Source of the DNA: Octopus vulgaris
Lineage: Eukaryota
Assembly: GCA_951406725.2 (NCBI GenBank)
Contig: OX597818.1
Coordinates: 13,454,001 to 13,518,000 of the forward strand
Direction of reading: 5' to 3'
Length of the DNA: 64,000 bases
In this document: one piece after another, positions 1 to 13,394 of the stretch
How the letters are laid out: the number at the start of each line of letters is the position of its first letter
Position numbering within the stretch: position 1 is the first letter of the stretch
Made by a program: the position numbers and the translations under genes
Notes under the pieces: generated by a model
What the model was told of the DNA's origin: nothing
Databases searched by the model: none
The model's input: only the letters and a program-made list of their open reading frames with translations

Positions 1-436
1 TTGAAATTTTTGGTGTCTTTGCAGATTTCCTTTTTCACACATTACGTTTCGAAATATAACTCTATGCACCCCACAAAAAGAAAAAAAAACAAAACCTTCA
101 AACATTACAATGCAGAATAAACATTCGCACAGATAAACTCTAATGAATACATTTCATATAGAGACGAACGACGCAAAATATATGACTTCAAGAAAAAAAG
201 TGGCATGATTGTGTACAATGCGTCAAACATATATGATGTCCCGCATAGTTTGCTAAGCAAAAGGCTGATATGTGTGTGTGTGTGTGTATGTGTGTATGCA
301 TGTATGCAAGTATATATGTAAACTACTATTCAAAACTATAAAGGCACGAACACATTTTCATTTATTTCTAGATTCATTTCTTTCGGAAGATATTCGATTC
401 AATTGTATTCTCCGTCATCCAAATTATATTTCTAGT

Positions 437-1190
437 ATGACTAAAGCTAGAAACCTTTCCAAAATTGAGCAAGGGAGGATTCTTTCACTGCAAATGGAAG
501 GTATAAGTAAACGGAACATTGCCGTGTAGATTCAACGAAGCAGAAAGCCAGTGGACATTCTTCTGAAAGATCCTGAAATCTACAACAGGGTTCATGCTGG
601 TGGACGTCCCAAGACTTCATAGCGAAGGCATGAAAGTGCCATTATCAGAACTGTGAACAACCCACACTGCTCGTTTGTTTCCAAAATCATTATATCAGTA
701 GGAGTAATAGCCTCGACGTCCACTGTAACAAGAGTGATTTTGAACCATGGTTTCTACATGGAGTAGCGGCTAGAGTCCATTAATGTCACCTTCCCTCAAA
801 GCTGATAGATTGGAGTTTGCTCGGCAGCATCAGGCGTGGGATGGTGAATGGAGCAGTGTTCAGTTCTCTGCCGAGGAAAATGCAATTTGGATGGTCCCAG
901 TGGTTATAAGTATAACTGGGCAGATAAGTGTATACAAAATTCTACTTATTCCAAATGGCAAGACAGCGAAGGAGGTCTTATGGTGTGGAGAACAATAACG
1001 GCTAATGGGAATCTGCCACTTGTCAGCACGAATGGCCGTTTCAGTGCTGCACGATACATCAATATGTTGGAATGGTCTCACAGTAAATAAGGAGGAAGGC
1101 TTCACAAAAAGAACTTCATACTTCAACAGGACAATGCTCCCATTCATAAAGCAAACACAATATCGGATTTCCTCCATGTAACCACTATCA
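437..1190 (+). mobile_element. Decayed Tc3-like (Tc1/mariner) transposase
   Basis: Read through stops and frameshifts: MTKARNLSKIEQGRILSLQMEGISKRNIAV*IQRSRK..LLKDPEIY..GGRPK (HTH), RLEFARQH..WSSVQFSAEE/KCNLDGPSGYKYNW, GGLMVW, LQQDNAPIH. Collinear with C. elegans Tc3 motifs (RLEFAK..WSKVVFSDEKKFNLDGPDG..GGGTVMVWG..FQQDNATIH). Confidence 0.9.
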
Positions 1191-1300
1191 GGCAAATCAA
1201 ACAATGAAAAACTTAAGCCAATACATAAAATTAATTACTTTATATTATTTTAAATATATATCAAAAGTATTAAAAGTTTAATAAAAGATAATGAGTAAAA

Positions 1301-1370
1301 CACTACGATCGTTTCATGGCTGTCCAATAAGTAAAAATTCGAGTTATGGTTACAGTCAATCTTCAGGTAA
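1301..1370 (-). ncRNA. Minimal type-I hammerhead ribozyme-like motif
   Basis: Minus strand: TAC-CTGAAGA-TTGACTGT...ACAGCCAT-GAAA-CGATCG-TA-GTG. Canonical CUGANGA and GAAA, paired stem II, palindromic stem III, short stem I. Confidence 0.65.
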
Positions 1371-1755
1371 TTGAAATATCTAAAATATAATCAGAAATAT
1401 TTAAACAATATTTTTAAGATATAAAAAATATAATAATTTTACTTATAATAAACTCTATTATCAAACTAGAAACATAGAACTTAACAATTATGATTATATC
1501 AAATCGACTATAATGTTAAATATTAATTTTAATTTATAAGGTAGGAAACCCACCAATAAGCTAATATAGGTATTAGTCTATATCTAATTACATAAATATT
1601 TAAAAATGACTAATATATATAAATTATCAATGAAAATATATAAATGTATATAAATATTATAATTAAGATCTAAAATAATCTCTATAAATAAATATATATG
1701 CACATATAATAAAAACCTAATAAATTTAATTTTTAATATTTAAAGATGAAATAGC

Positions 1756-2076
1756 TAATTTCAAAATACAAATAAACAAACTTAAACGAACTTTCGGAAA
1801 TCTTATGTAAAATACTTATAGAAATAATCAATTCGTAGTAATATAGTATCGAATAAATACTATAAATACTATAAATATAATTATCAATGGGAACAACTAG
1901 CGAATATCAATTTAAAGAAATAACTAAGTTATGCTATTAAATTAGACATGGCCTGGATCAATCTTTAGTCGAAACATAACTAAGTTTATCAAAGTTTATC
2001 TAATTTAATTATAAATTTAAAACTACAATTAATACTATTAAAACATATATATACAAAAGCCTAACTTAAAACACCT
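1756..2076 (+). repeat. ~320-bp direct repeat, copy 1 (copy 2 at 34941-35269)
   Basis: TAATTTCAAAATACAAATAAACAAACTTAAACGAACTTTCGGAAATC...CCTAACTTAAAACACCT aligns almost base for base with 34941-35269. Confidence 0.92.
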
Positions 2077-2850
2077 ATGCTTGCTATCAAATAACAAATC
2101 TATCGCTAAGTAGTATCTTACGAATAAACTTAAATTTAATATCTAATAATATAGAAAATTACGATAATTAGATCATTACATAAACAACGATATTTACATA
2201 AGGAAAATATTATTACTCCAAAGACTTATACAATATTAAAATTTACAATTTGAAGATCTTAAATAAATACATACTTATCTTAGCGAGGTTTAGCAATGAA
2301 CTAAAATTTTGAATCGGAAAACGTCTTTACAGCGTTTATAAGAATATTCGTGGAATTACATTATTAGCAAAAAAAAAGAATAAATTGTTGAAGAATTCAT
2401 TACGTGTGAGGAACCTACGCTTTATTAATGAGATTGTGAATGGGAAAATTATTTGTTTATCGTTGTAAATAGAATGAAGTCACAAATAAAGAATAAAATC
2501 TCTCTATACTATAATATTTCTTAATAAAATAAATATGATAAATAATACTTAATACAAAATAAATTAAACGATTTAAATGATTAAAAACCACTAATTATTA
2601 AATATATTCTAAAAATCTTATATGATTAATAAAAATATAAAAAATTATTTATATAGTAACCCCTCAACATACTATAAAGTATTTCCCATGCCCTTATAAT
2701 TATAAGCTAAAATTAGTGATCATAAATACCCAAACAGAAATAATGAATATTTAAGAAATTTAGCAATTAGAATTAAAGAAATGAGAAATATGGATGGTAT
2801 TATTGTACAATCAGATAAAACTAGGAATCTCTATAAATTGGATGTTAAAT

Positions 2851-3010
2851 TAGGGCTGCAGAACACGGAAATTCTCTGACAAAAAATTCTCACTCTCTCC
2901 GGAGGCATGGAAAAGTGTAGAATCCTGCTTCCACACACACTTTCGCCTGCCAAGGCTTAACCAAAATCTCCAGTAGCTTCAAATCGCCGTCTAATGTCAT
3001 GTTGAAAGTT
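2851..3010 (-). mobile_element. Fragment of maT/DD37D-like Tc1-mariner transposase
   Basis: Minus strand (with frameshift) LKLLEILVKPW..VWKQDSTLFHASGESENFLSENF. Same family as 52419-52950 (VLPWVKRV..QQDSATCHTS..LSDN). Confidence 0.7.
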
Positions 3011-3179
3011 ATATGAATGCGTTCAGGCGTAACGATGCTGGCCACAGGTTCGTAATCTCCGATGCAGTTGTCTGCGTCTGTGTCCTAGCAGTATGGTTTC
3101 GTTGTAGCTGTCACATAATCTTTAATTATAAGAATATACAGAAAATGGACATGTATTTCATTCATTTATTTTCTGAAAA

Positions 3180-4427
3180 ATGTAGATAGGGAGAATATAC
3201 TAGATAGCTTTACAGGGAAAAAAACATTTCTCCTTTAACAACGAATGTTAACCGGCAAATAAAAGGCACAACAAAGCGAACGAATGCCGTTTTCGGCACT
3301 AGTAATTGGATACCGAAATAAAAGGTATATACCCTCTCTATACAGTTGATCATCATCTCAAATTCTTTTTAGTAAGGCACTTGAAAATATTCTTGGAGGA
3401 ATACATCATATGTTGGAACAAATGTGTGGGGTACATTGCAAAATTACTTAAATTAATAAACAACATTCATGAACGAATATACTTCACTATGGAAAGGAGT
3501 GATACTGAACTCCTTTTCCTGGGTGTTCTTATGATTGAAGAAAATGTGACATTCATAACCAATCTGTACTACAAGGACACATACATATACAAGTATTTAG
3601 GTTTTCGATCTTGCCAACTGTCCCACAAAACTTGGAACATGCCATTCAATTATGGCAAGACTAATATGCTCGATAGTTGGAGACAAAAAAGGAGGAGAGA
3701 AACGACTAGTAGGACTAAATGTGTTTCTTCAAATAACAGAAATAACAGAAAAAATTAATAAACTTTGCCTTAACCAAAATAAAAGTAATCCTAGTCTCTC
3801 TGCCTCATAGAGAAACAGTCACATTGAGGGTAGATACAAAGAAAAAGAGAAGAATAAATATTCCATTTGTAGTGACTCATAACTTTAGGAGCCAGAAGAT
3901 CCTATATTCAGCCAGATGATATCCACCAATTCTGCAACAGGCATAACATTTCCGACTAAAATTTGAAAAATTCACAAATCATCAATAACCGAAAACGACA
4001 GCGAAATCTCAGTTGGCCCCTAGGGAAAGTGAGATTCACATCAGAGAGAGAAATGATAAAAGTATTAAGATGTAGAAACACACGTTGTGGAAAATGTGAA
4101 ATAATTGAACAAATATCAAACAAAATGTTCAAGAAATCGAAGGAATTGCAAGTGAATGCAAACAAGAATTGCAAAACAGAAAACCTCATCTGCTGCATCG
4201 AATGCCAACGATGCAACGAGAATTACATTGGGCAAATAAGAACAAAACTAACCAGCCGTGTAAAAGCGCATCCACAACAAATTAACGATACATCTCTTAG
4301 AAACGTTCCATGTTGTAAACATTTAGATGCAAATGGAAAATTTAAAACATTCCATTTACATAATAATATTCGAAGAACAGGATCAACGCCGAAAGGCATA
4401 GAAGAATACATTATAAAAATTTTTTAA
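3180..4427 (+). mobile_element. Decayed Penelope-like retroelement: RT C-terminal half + GIY-YIG endonuclease
   Basis: RQIKGT; INNIHERIYFTME..LLFLGVL..TNLYYKDT..YLGFRSC (RT thumb); C-x4-C-x2-C and NCKTENLICCIECQRCNENYIGQ..LTSRVKAH (GIY-YIG with Cys linker). Confidence 0.9.
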
Positions 4428-4659
4428 ATACGACACGAAACCGGAAATCTTCAACATTATTGTTCATGAACAAAATTCTCTACACCCATTACCTCAGAAT
4501 ACTTGTGTTTGGAAAGTTGAACAATGAAAGCACTTACACACAGAATACACAGTATACGGAAACTGCTTGAACAAAGATGGATGACAATGTTGTTTAATTA
4601 TTGTTTTAAATGTCTGATAACCTATTCTTTTCATGATTAACAAAAATAATCATTGAATT

Positions 4660-4810
4660 TATGTATACATATATATATATATATGTGTGTGTGTGCGTGC
4701 GTGTGTGTGTACGTATACATATATATATATATCTACATATACATGTATATATATATCCACATATACATGTATATATATATATATACACACACCTATACAC
4801 ACACACACAC

Positions 4811-4861
<51 letters not shown>

Positions 4862-5035
4862 CATATACGTGCAAGTACGCACACACATTCACACAAAACT
4901 TACGCATGCATTCGCATATAATTATGCAAGTAAAATCGTATGATTTATTATTTTATCTTTACTCTTTTATTTGTTTCTGTTATTAGACTGGATCGATGCT
5001 GAATTCAATTTTGCAAAGCGCCTTATACATGTATG

Positions 5036-5084
<49 letters not shown>

Positions 5085-5140
5085 GGGGGGTGTTATGTGT
5101 GCGTGTGTTTGTGTGCGTGTAAATGTGTGTATGTATGAAT
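4660..5140. repeat. Compound (TA)n/(TG)n/(CA)n microsatellites
   Basis: Directly visible. Explains the Y/I/H/T/C/V-rich ORFs. Confidence 0.95.
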
Positions 5141-5859
5141 ACATATTGCGTATAAGGACTTTGAGAATTTTGCCCGAAACCGTTCAGACTGGAGGTCAGA
5201 GTTCTTTATCACCTGCAAAATTTTACAAATATAACACGTTGTATTCCTTCTTTTCAAAGTCAAGAGCATCGTTCTTAGTGGTCATTGGTAATAGTAAACA
5301 CATTTGATCTCTGCTGAATCAAAGGGCGCGAAGATTATTTTGTCTCTATGGCTGACCTTCCCACCATCTGTCGAATCCATTGATAGACCTGTAGAATTTG
5401 ATCTATTCACCAAGCCGGTAGTCTTCCTAACTGTTTCCTCCAACAACCACATATTTATGACTAATCTCACGTACAGGACAAAAGTTGAAAATAAAGAACA
5501 TTTAAAAAAATCGTTTAATAATAAAGGGAAATAGTAATAATGGTAATAACTATAATGGTGATAATTATAAAAATAAAAATAATAGTAATTTGTTGCAGCT
5601 GCTAATACTATAACTACTACTATTCTGATAGCACAGGAAACTGAGGCCCAACTACCACTACTACCACTGCCCATACCTGTGTAACCCTTGAGTTTGTTAA
5701 TATAACAATGACAAAAAACAATAATATCAGTGATGATAAAAATAATAATGATGAAAGGAAGCGGGTAGAGCCAGTCCATGTCTTGATTAATGGTACATCT
5801 AGTGATGGTGTCGTAATAAAAACACTGGTAATTGCGCAACCTGATAATCGCAACCTCAT

Positions 5860-8800
5860 ATGAGTGACAACCAAAAACCCAAATATTGTGAATAACGTTG
5901 GTAATGAAACTAAAGCCAATGATGGTGACAGTGTTGTACCCGGCTGGCTCAGAGATTCTGGTCCGGCTCCAGACTGTCGATATACTTTAAGGGGCCACCA
6001 CACACGGCGTAGATGGAGCAAGCAACTTAATGCCGTGGTCGTGGAGAGTTCCTACCTGAGCAACCCAATAGATGAAAATAGTGTTCAAATTAGGGGTTAC
6101 CGACAATATATGTATGACCATTGGCGGTAAAAGGGATTTTTCAACTTACAGAACAGAAACTATGGGATCAAACTAGAGCAATAAGAAAAGATAGTTGGTT
6201 CAGAGAAGTAGAGTTCGAAGCTAACAAGAGACGGGTCTTGGAAAATGGCAGCATATATAATGATGAAAATGCAGTTCATACTAACAGAAGTAATCCCATA
6301 GCACAGGAAAGGAGCAGTGGTACTTTACTTGATGAGAGACATATATATGATCTAAAAGAAGATAATAAAACGAACAAAAATGACAGACGAACAAAAAGCA
6401 ATCTACGACAGAATAGAGGCAAGACTGCAGGAGAATTATAGCGACACTATTTGCAACCTTAAGAATGTTGAACGGTGGGAATTGAACGAAGAAACGAGAA
6501 ATGTCAAGGAAATTCTAAAATGCATCAACTAACAACATCACAGAAACAAGCAATTGATCACGGCAGCAGGTATTGTAGCAGAAAACGTGGGTGTTGATGT
6601 CAAGAAAATGAAATATAATGGAAGTGACAAAAGAAAAGTGGAATGGAAGAATACAGGCATGGTTAGATATGCTCACGGAGGAATTTTCTGTGTTAGACCC
6701 CGCCAAAAAAAAAACAACAACAAAAAACAAAAAGAAAGGATAACTTAAAAGCGAACAAAAGGACGGGGCGCTGAAAAGGAAGTATAATATTGAAAGAAAG
6801 GGCCTGAAAGTGGTAATGGAGGAACTGAAACAGCGCCTCGTTGCAAATAAAGCAAAGGTGGTAAGATACGACCAACGAATGAAGGGTTACTAGCAGAATA
6901 GGTTATTCAGAGTAGATCAGATGAATTTCTATAGAGAAATAAATGGAGAGTATACAAATGAAAAGTTGATACCAGATAACATTGAAAGTCAAAGATTTTT
7001 GGAGTGACATTTAGAGCAAAGACAAGGAGCATAAGAAGGATGCTGAATGGTTCAAAGAATTGAAACAAACAGTAGTCTGTCTCAGAGAAGCATTTCAGTT
7101 AGGGAAGTGAAGAAATTCAGCAAAAAATGAGCACTAGCAGGCCACGGGGCCAGATAGATTTCAAGGCTACTAGATCAATAGATTTGACTAATGTCATGCA
7201 CGAATAGCTGTGCAACTCGACACCTTGTTAAATGCCAGCCAACACCAGAGTGGTTGACATTAGGTAGGACAGTGCTGTGCTTGAAAAGCATCTAAAAAGG
7301 GCAATACGATAAACAATTACAAGCTGATATCCTATTTGCCACTTATGTGGAAATTATTGACTGGAATACTCGCAGAGTCAATGTACTAACAACCGGAAAA
7401 AAAATGGAGTCCTACCACATGAGTAGAAGTGTTGCAAGCGTAAGTGCAGAGGTACTAAGGATCAACTCCTGACAGGCAAAATTGTACTTACAGACTGCAA
7501 GAGGAGAAAAACTAACATAGCCATGTCATGGACCAGCTATCGTAAGGCGTACGATTTGATTCGATACTCTTCGATAATGAAAGGTATGAAGCTACTTGGT
7601 ATTACATCGAATGTGAGCGATTGCTTGGAAAAAAGTATGGTGAATTGGAGGACGGACCTGATAGCATACGGAAGAAGTTTAGGGACAGTAGAAATCAGAA
7701 GGGACATCTTCCAAGGGGACTGCCTGTCCCCACTAATCTTTGTACTGTACTTGATACCACTATCACTGATTCTGAGGAAAACAAAGGCTGGGTATGTATT
7801 CAAAAGCCGCCAACAAAATTACAAATACCTCGGAATAAATGAGCGCTCTGGTATTCAGCATGCAAGCACAACAGAGAAGATCAGAAATAAATGTTACAAG
7901 GGAGTTCGAGGATTCTTGAAATCTGAGTTAAATGTAGATAACAAGGCGTTAGCCATAATTTCTTACGAGTTCTGGTTGTTGTTTATAGTTTTTAATGTGT
8001 CGAACTGGAATATGAGCGAAATAAGAAAATCGACATAAAAATCTATAAGCTGCACCACCAAAAGGCTGATGTAGATAGACGTGATTTCGTTTGAAATTTC
8101 TCACAAAACCACCACAATTTGACTGTCCAATTATCTTCAATCATCTAATGACGGGATGCGAAAACTCTTTCAAAACCACGAGCGGCGTAAGAAGCGTGAT
8201 TCTGTCATGAAGGAGAGCAAAGAATTTGTTAGTGATTTCATGCATAATACTGACGTTGAGCAATATGGTGGAAGTGCGGTAACTGCTGTTGCACAGAGTA
8301 GGAAATCAGTGGCAAAGAAAAACGCTTTTAAAGAAATAGCTGATGGGTACGAACAAAATGCACTCCACGGCAAGTATGTGGCCCCTAGCAAAGAGTGTGA
8401 TGTGGACCAGAAGCAAACCGATCGGCGGCAGAGAGAGAAGGCTTTATCTTAGCTGAGTAACATCAAAGATTATTGGCCCATAACTACCAAGCCAATGTGA
8501 TGAAAAATGGAATAGATCCAGAGTGCCAGAACTGCAACGAAGAGAATTAACTACTGGACCATATAATCTCTGAGTTTAAAGTTTTAGCACCTACAGAGTA
8601 TAACAGAAGACATGACAGAATTGGTCAATATCTAGACTGGATAATATGTGGACATTATTAAATCATAACTGATGACAAATGGCACAATCACCGCCCCGAA
8701 GCCGAAACTAAAGGAGTAAATGTAACGATTCTTTGGGACTTACCGGTACATACAGGCTGGACCACCATAGCTGAGAAACCAGATATTGTTGTGAAAGACC

Positions 8801-9333
8801 AAAACAATAAAGTCTGTTTATTGAATCACATGAGCGTACCTTCTAATCATGAAAACTCGGCAAAAGAATTTGATATGCTCAGTAAATTTAAATATTTGCT
8901 GATTGAGATCGAAAATATGTGGCATCTCAAAACCTTTAAACTATCAGTGTTTGTATGAGCATTTGGAATGATAAAAGACGAAACAAAAAATTATATGAGG
9001 ACTATCCTTGGCTTAACATTCATGCAAGAAGTGCAAAAGGTTGTTTTAACTAATACATCACACGTATGGAGAAGAGCATTTTTACCGTAAATTTTCTTTC
9101 CCTTTCCCCTCCCTTTTCTTTCTTATCTTTTCATTTTTACTATTTTAAAATGTTTCTCCCTTCCTTTTTCTTTCTCTCTTTCTACCTCTTTTTTATCACA
9201 TGACTTTGTAAATGAACGGTCTGGTATTTATTTTAATGCTATATCAATGTATAAACTGAGTTTCTTTACCCTAGATATCGGAAACACACTCTGCAAGAAA
9301 TGGCAATAAAACTAAAAGAAGGGGATAATAATA
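5860..9333 (+). mobile_element. Near-full-length decayed R4/Dong-clade non-LTR retrotransposon (mosaic of two subfamilies)
   Basis: N-term RRRWSKQLN..SNPIDEN..RGYRQ..TEQKLWDQTRAIRK; RT motifs [51 protein letters not shown]; YKYLG; CCHC (CQNC..DHIISE..RRHDRIG); REL TILWD..KPDIVVKD..SVPS..EIENMWHLK; 3' UTR ending GATAATAATAG. Many stops and frameshifts. Confidence 0.92.
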
Positions 9334-10029
9334 GTATATCACATTTTGTTCCCTTGAGTTGATAAAACAGAGCCCTTAAGATCTACGGTCCCATAGCGTT
9401 CAATGCAACAATATATAAATGCCTGTCCTAATGGAACTCACATATGCTTTTCTCGCTAACAACATATTTCCCGATGAGATAAAAGGCATTTAAACATGGG
9501 TTATACGGATGCAGGGATCAACTGTTTATTACAAAATATTTTCTTGAAGATTGTCACAACAGAAAAAAATGTCAGTGGCAAAAGTCTATTGAGAGACTTG
9601 CTGTCAGTTGGATAATGGAATTTTTTGAGATATTCAAAATTTCACCACTAACGAGGAGTTTTTGTATCTCATACCATGTAGCTCTAGAAACGACATTAAT
9701 TCTCAACACTGACACTAAAACTATAAACGCTGTAAAATTCACTATTAATTTGGAATCTTTCAAGGAGACTCGTCACTCCTTTGCTCTTCTGCTTTGCACT
9801 GTTTCCTTTGAGTAAACACCTGAAAGAAGCAAGTTATGGGTACAAAGTGTTTAGAAAAAGTAAGTTATTCATCGTTGTACGGACGAATTGAAATGTTGCA
9901 TTTTCCCAGATCGTCTCCATGGCTGACCTACAGTCATGTGTAAAGTGAAGATCGGGAAAAAACGCTTACGAATCTAAAGTTTTATTTTTCCCTCACGCCC
10001 TCTACCATTCGAGCACTGCGATCAGTGAA

Positions 10030-10800
10030 AATTCCACTGAGCGTTCTATAGAGGATTTGTAGTAGAATAAGTTGACTTTATTGAGTAAACTTTGGGCAAG
10101 ACAAAAATCAACTGACTCATCTATTGTGGGTGACTTTCAGTCTTGGGCGCAACGATAATTTGCAGAAATTCCTGATTTGGCAGCGCTACCGATGTGGGAA
10201 GAATCACTGCCAATTCGCGAAGCCTATATAGGTACGGTAGTATCGCCAGCCGAGCATATCAGAGATGACTGTAGAACGACGAAACAGTTCTTCATACACT
10301 TGTTTAGGTCCCGATCGTAGCTGTCTTATGCGGTTATGTTGAATAGTTGCTATCACCTGTAGGACGGATGAGGCTATAAGCTGGGCCCATTCCGAATCTC
10401 GACCCACCGCCTCCATCTTCCCGGCGTAGGTACTTTTTATCTATTAGGCATTCATGGCAAAAACTGGGTGTGTGGTATGCAAGACTGAACGGACTGAAGA
10501 AAGACATTTTATTATCAACTTCTTCAAATTTAACTTGAGATTTGAACTAGAACGAGACCGAGTTGTTGCCCTCCATCAAATTCTTGGAAATGTGGTTGAA
10601 AGTGCTGAGTATGGATCGAGTGGAAGGGTCTTGTTAGAGAATGCAGTTACACTGTGCAAGGTTCTTGCCTATGTTGTCAGCGTGTCCGTGGTTTTTGTAT
10701 GTTTCCACAATTTACCCTGGGAGGCAACATATTGGGGAATTTTCTGTGTTTAAAATAATGTTAGTGCACTTTTCTTGTTCTGCATGTGTGCACATCAAAT
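10030..10800 (+). mobile_element. 3' end of an L1/Tx1-like LINE ORF2 (zf-RVT region)
   Basis: Across frameshifts: IWQRYR..LPIRE..YRYGSIASRAYQR*L*NDETVLHTLV (degenerate CxxC..ETxxH..C), then MAK..INFFKFNL..ER..KFLEMWLKV. Confidence 0.65.
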
Positions 10801-12330
10801 CCCACCTTGTCTGAGTGCCTATAAACATTATTATTGTTGTTATTATGTAGTAGTAGTGGTCGTACCAGCTTACTACCACTACTACTGATAGTGGAAAGGT
10901 TCATTCATTGAATAGCCGAGGCCATTTCCCAACACCTGTGCAATCATGTATGCTCGTTTGTTATTTTGTGTCTTCAAGTAGAGAGAATATATTTTACTTA
11001 TAGGTGTACTGTCTGCCATAGTGATTTTCACGTATTTTTGTATATCACTGAGTTGTCACTGCTAGTAAAAACATTTTCTTTATAATTCTGAAAGCAATTA
11101 ATAATTTGGAACAGTCTCTGTTTCCTTCCTCTCATCTTGGTTATTTTTAATTTCCATTGTCTCTTTACTTATATAAATTATGAATCACTTTCATGAATAT
11201 ATCGTCGACTGTCGAAACACGAACATCGGTTAAATACATTATGTTATTCATGATGTTTTTTTTAACGTATCTATTATATTTTTCAAATCTATTTATGTTT
11301 GTACTGTAAATCAATGTGAAATATTTTGTAGTGCAACTTATACAATGTAATTTGTTTAAATATTTTATAAAGTTAGCAATTATTTTAGTATTTGATTTTG
11401 GCATGTATTAGGTTTACTGAATAATGAATATCCAGTAATATCGATTTATTAAATGACGACCAAAAAATAATCCTTTAGTGTCAGATATAAACTCTACTTT
11501 CGTATGACAAAAATAACTTACTGATAAATATCTCCCCAGAAGTCTAAAGAAACTTTTTTATTATAGGATTAATTATCACGTGGTGAAAAAGCTTTCTTCG
11601 TGTCATTTGTAAGCCCACTCAGATTGTTAAAATCAACAAGGATAATAATGAGCTGTTATAAAAGATGACTGACCACCGATCTATTTCAAACGGTTGCAAC
11701 TATGTAGAACAGGAATTGGAGTGGGACGAAACGCAATAAGAAACAAATAGTATCTATTAACATTTCTTCGAAAAGAAACGAAAAAAATGATTGAGCAGCT
11801 GCTGAAAGAACGGTGGAGAAATGAATATGATAGTCATTGTATGGAACTATATGTGTATGGACCATATGTGGAACTCTTGTAGTTGAGAACACCAAACAAC
11901 CGAACTTCATATATATGAGCTGTGCGTTCAGGATCAAGGACTGCCACACTTCTACAATAAACCCCAATTTGCAGATGATTTTAACAAGCTTATCATTTTG
12001 TCGTGCTGATCCTATATTTCATTTGTTAAAATATCTGACTGATACTTTGTTTGTATGACTGCTTCTTCTTGATATTATTACATAGTCCCCGTACTCTGAT
12101 GTATTCGAACTATCTTTCAAGAATTCTTTATTCAAATTTTAGTATCTTTTCTTTGATTTTATACCTCATATTGAGCATGCCATTACATTCTGCAGTTTTC
12201 TTTTATATGGTGGCAGATGGTGGAATTGCCTTTCAATCGAAATCCTCAACCACTTCTATTCAACCTTCAGTATTTCTTATCATAGGTCTTGTTCATTCTT
12301 CAGTCACGCTGGGTTACAAATATACGAAGT

Positions 12331-12563
12331 CCAATGTACCTATGGTGCGTAGCCCTTTCATAAGGTGCATCAGGCACATGCATCACGACCCTGTGTGCGT
12401 GACACGGTGACCTCATACCAAGATTAACAACGTATGACCTTGCAAGTAGAAACCCAGATAAAACTTTATTTAGGTTGAGTAGCCCATCCCGCTCGAAAGG
12501 TACCTGAATAAGGATTGGTTAATCTTGATGAATGAAGCACTAATGTTGCCAGAAGTGATGAAT
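12331..12563 (-). repeat. Degraded copy of the TAA-flanked ~460-bp repeat
   Basis: CAGGCACATGCATCAC..ATGACCTTGCA..GAGTAGCCCATCCCGCTCGAAAGG..CTGAATAAGG matches the reverse complement of 16210-16440. Confidence 0.8.
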
Positions 12564-12639
12564 ATTTGTTGTGGCCCATATTTTACACCAACACGAAACA
12601 TCAAAACATGTGCAACACTTAAGATCAGAAGCTAATATC

Positions 12640-12833
<194 letters not shown>

Positions 12834-13394
12834 TATGAAAGACTATAAATATCTGTATGTTTTTTGATTCACGAAATTTCATGTCGTCGTCACTTGAATT
12901 AGGTTTCTCATCGAAACAGATCTTTGGGTGTTAGAATGTGAAGCGTTCTGAAACATCTGTATAAAATGTGTTTTCGCTCTTCATATATGTTTTTGCTTTC
13001 CTATCATTAAATGTTTATTTTCTGTATTTACATTGTGATCCGGTTTTCATATTTTCTTCTCAAATTTGTCAATTGTAAGTACTGTTCCAGCACTTGGAAA
13101 TTTCATAATTGAAGTCGGTATAATACTCACCGTTTTCCTTTCTCTCTTCCTTTTATTTTGGTGGAAAAGTATTCAATATAATTCGCGTGCTATGACGCGT
13201 TGATTATATCATACAGTTTCTTCTTGTCAACGAATAAAGCATGCAGCTTGATGTGTTCTATATTTCTTCCGGGCTTTTACAGGAACTTCACTACATCATT
13301 TTCGAGAGCTTGCATTGCTAGTCACAAAATCGTTATAGATCTATTTTTGCACATGCAAAACTAAATTTGTTGCAAAGGTTTCAATGATCTATTG

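Larger units (their letters stand above)
1200..2850 (+). mobile_element. AT-rich 5' remnant of a Penelope-like element with inverted terminal segment
   Basis: 2760-2850 reads LAIRIKEMRNMDGIIVQSDKTRNLYKLD, matching the ADKT-x-N-x-Y motif upstream of PLE RTs. Hammerhead-like motif on the minus strand at ~1301-1370. Layout parallels 16520-18100. Confidence 0.6.

Noticed and set aside
4606-4986. Stacked ORFs rich in Y/I/H/T/C/V (also 15101-16111, 19378-19939, 23476-23910, 40313-40822, 50926-51839, 58578-58947)
   Set aside because: Translations of dinucleotide microsatellites lacking stop codons, not genes.
5282-5839. 185-aa ORF with faint Pif1-like GLVN segment
   Set aside because: Mostly degenerate trinucleotide repeat; no helicase motifs in the correct order.
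10454-10780. Minus-strand Penelope-like reading (QDPSTRSI)
   Set aside because: The plus-strand reading continues the upstream zf-RVT region and fits an L1/Tx1 3' end better.
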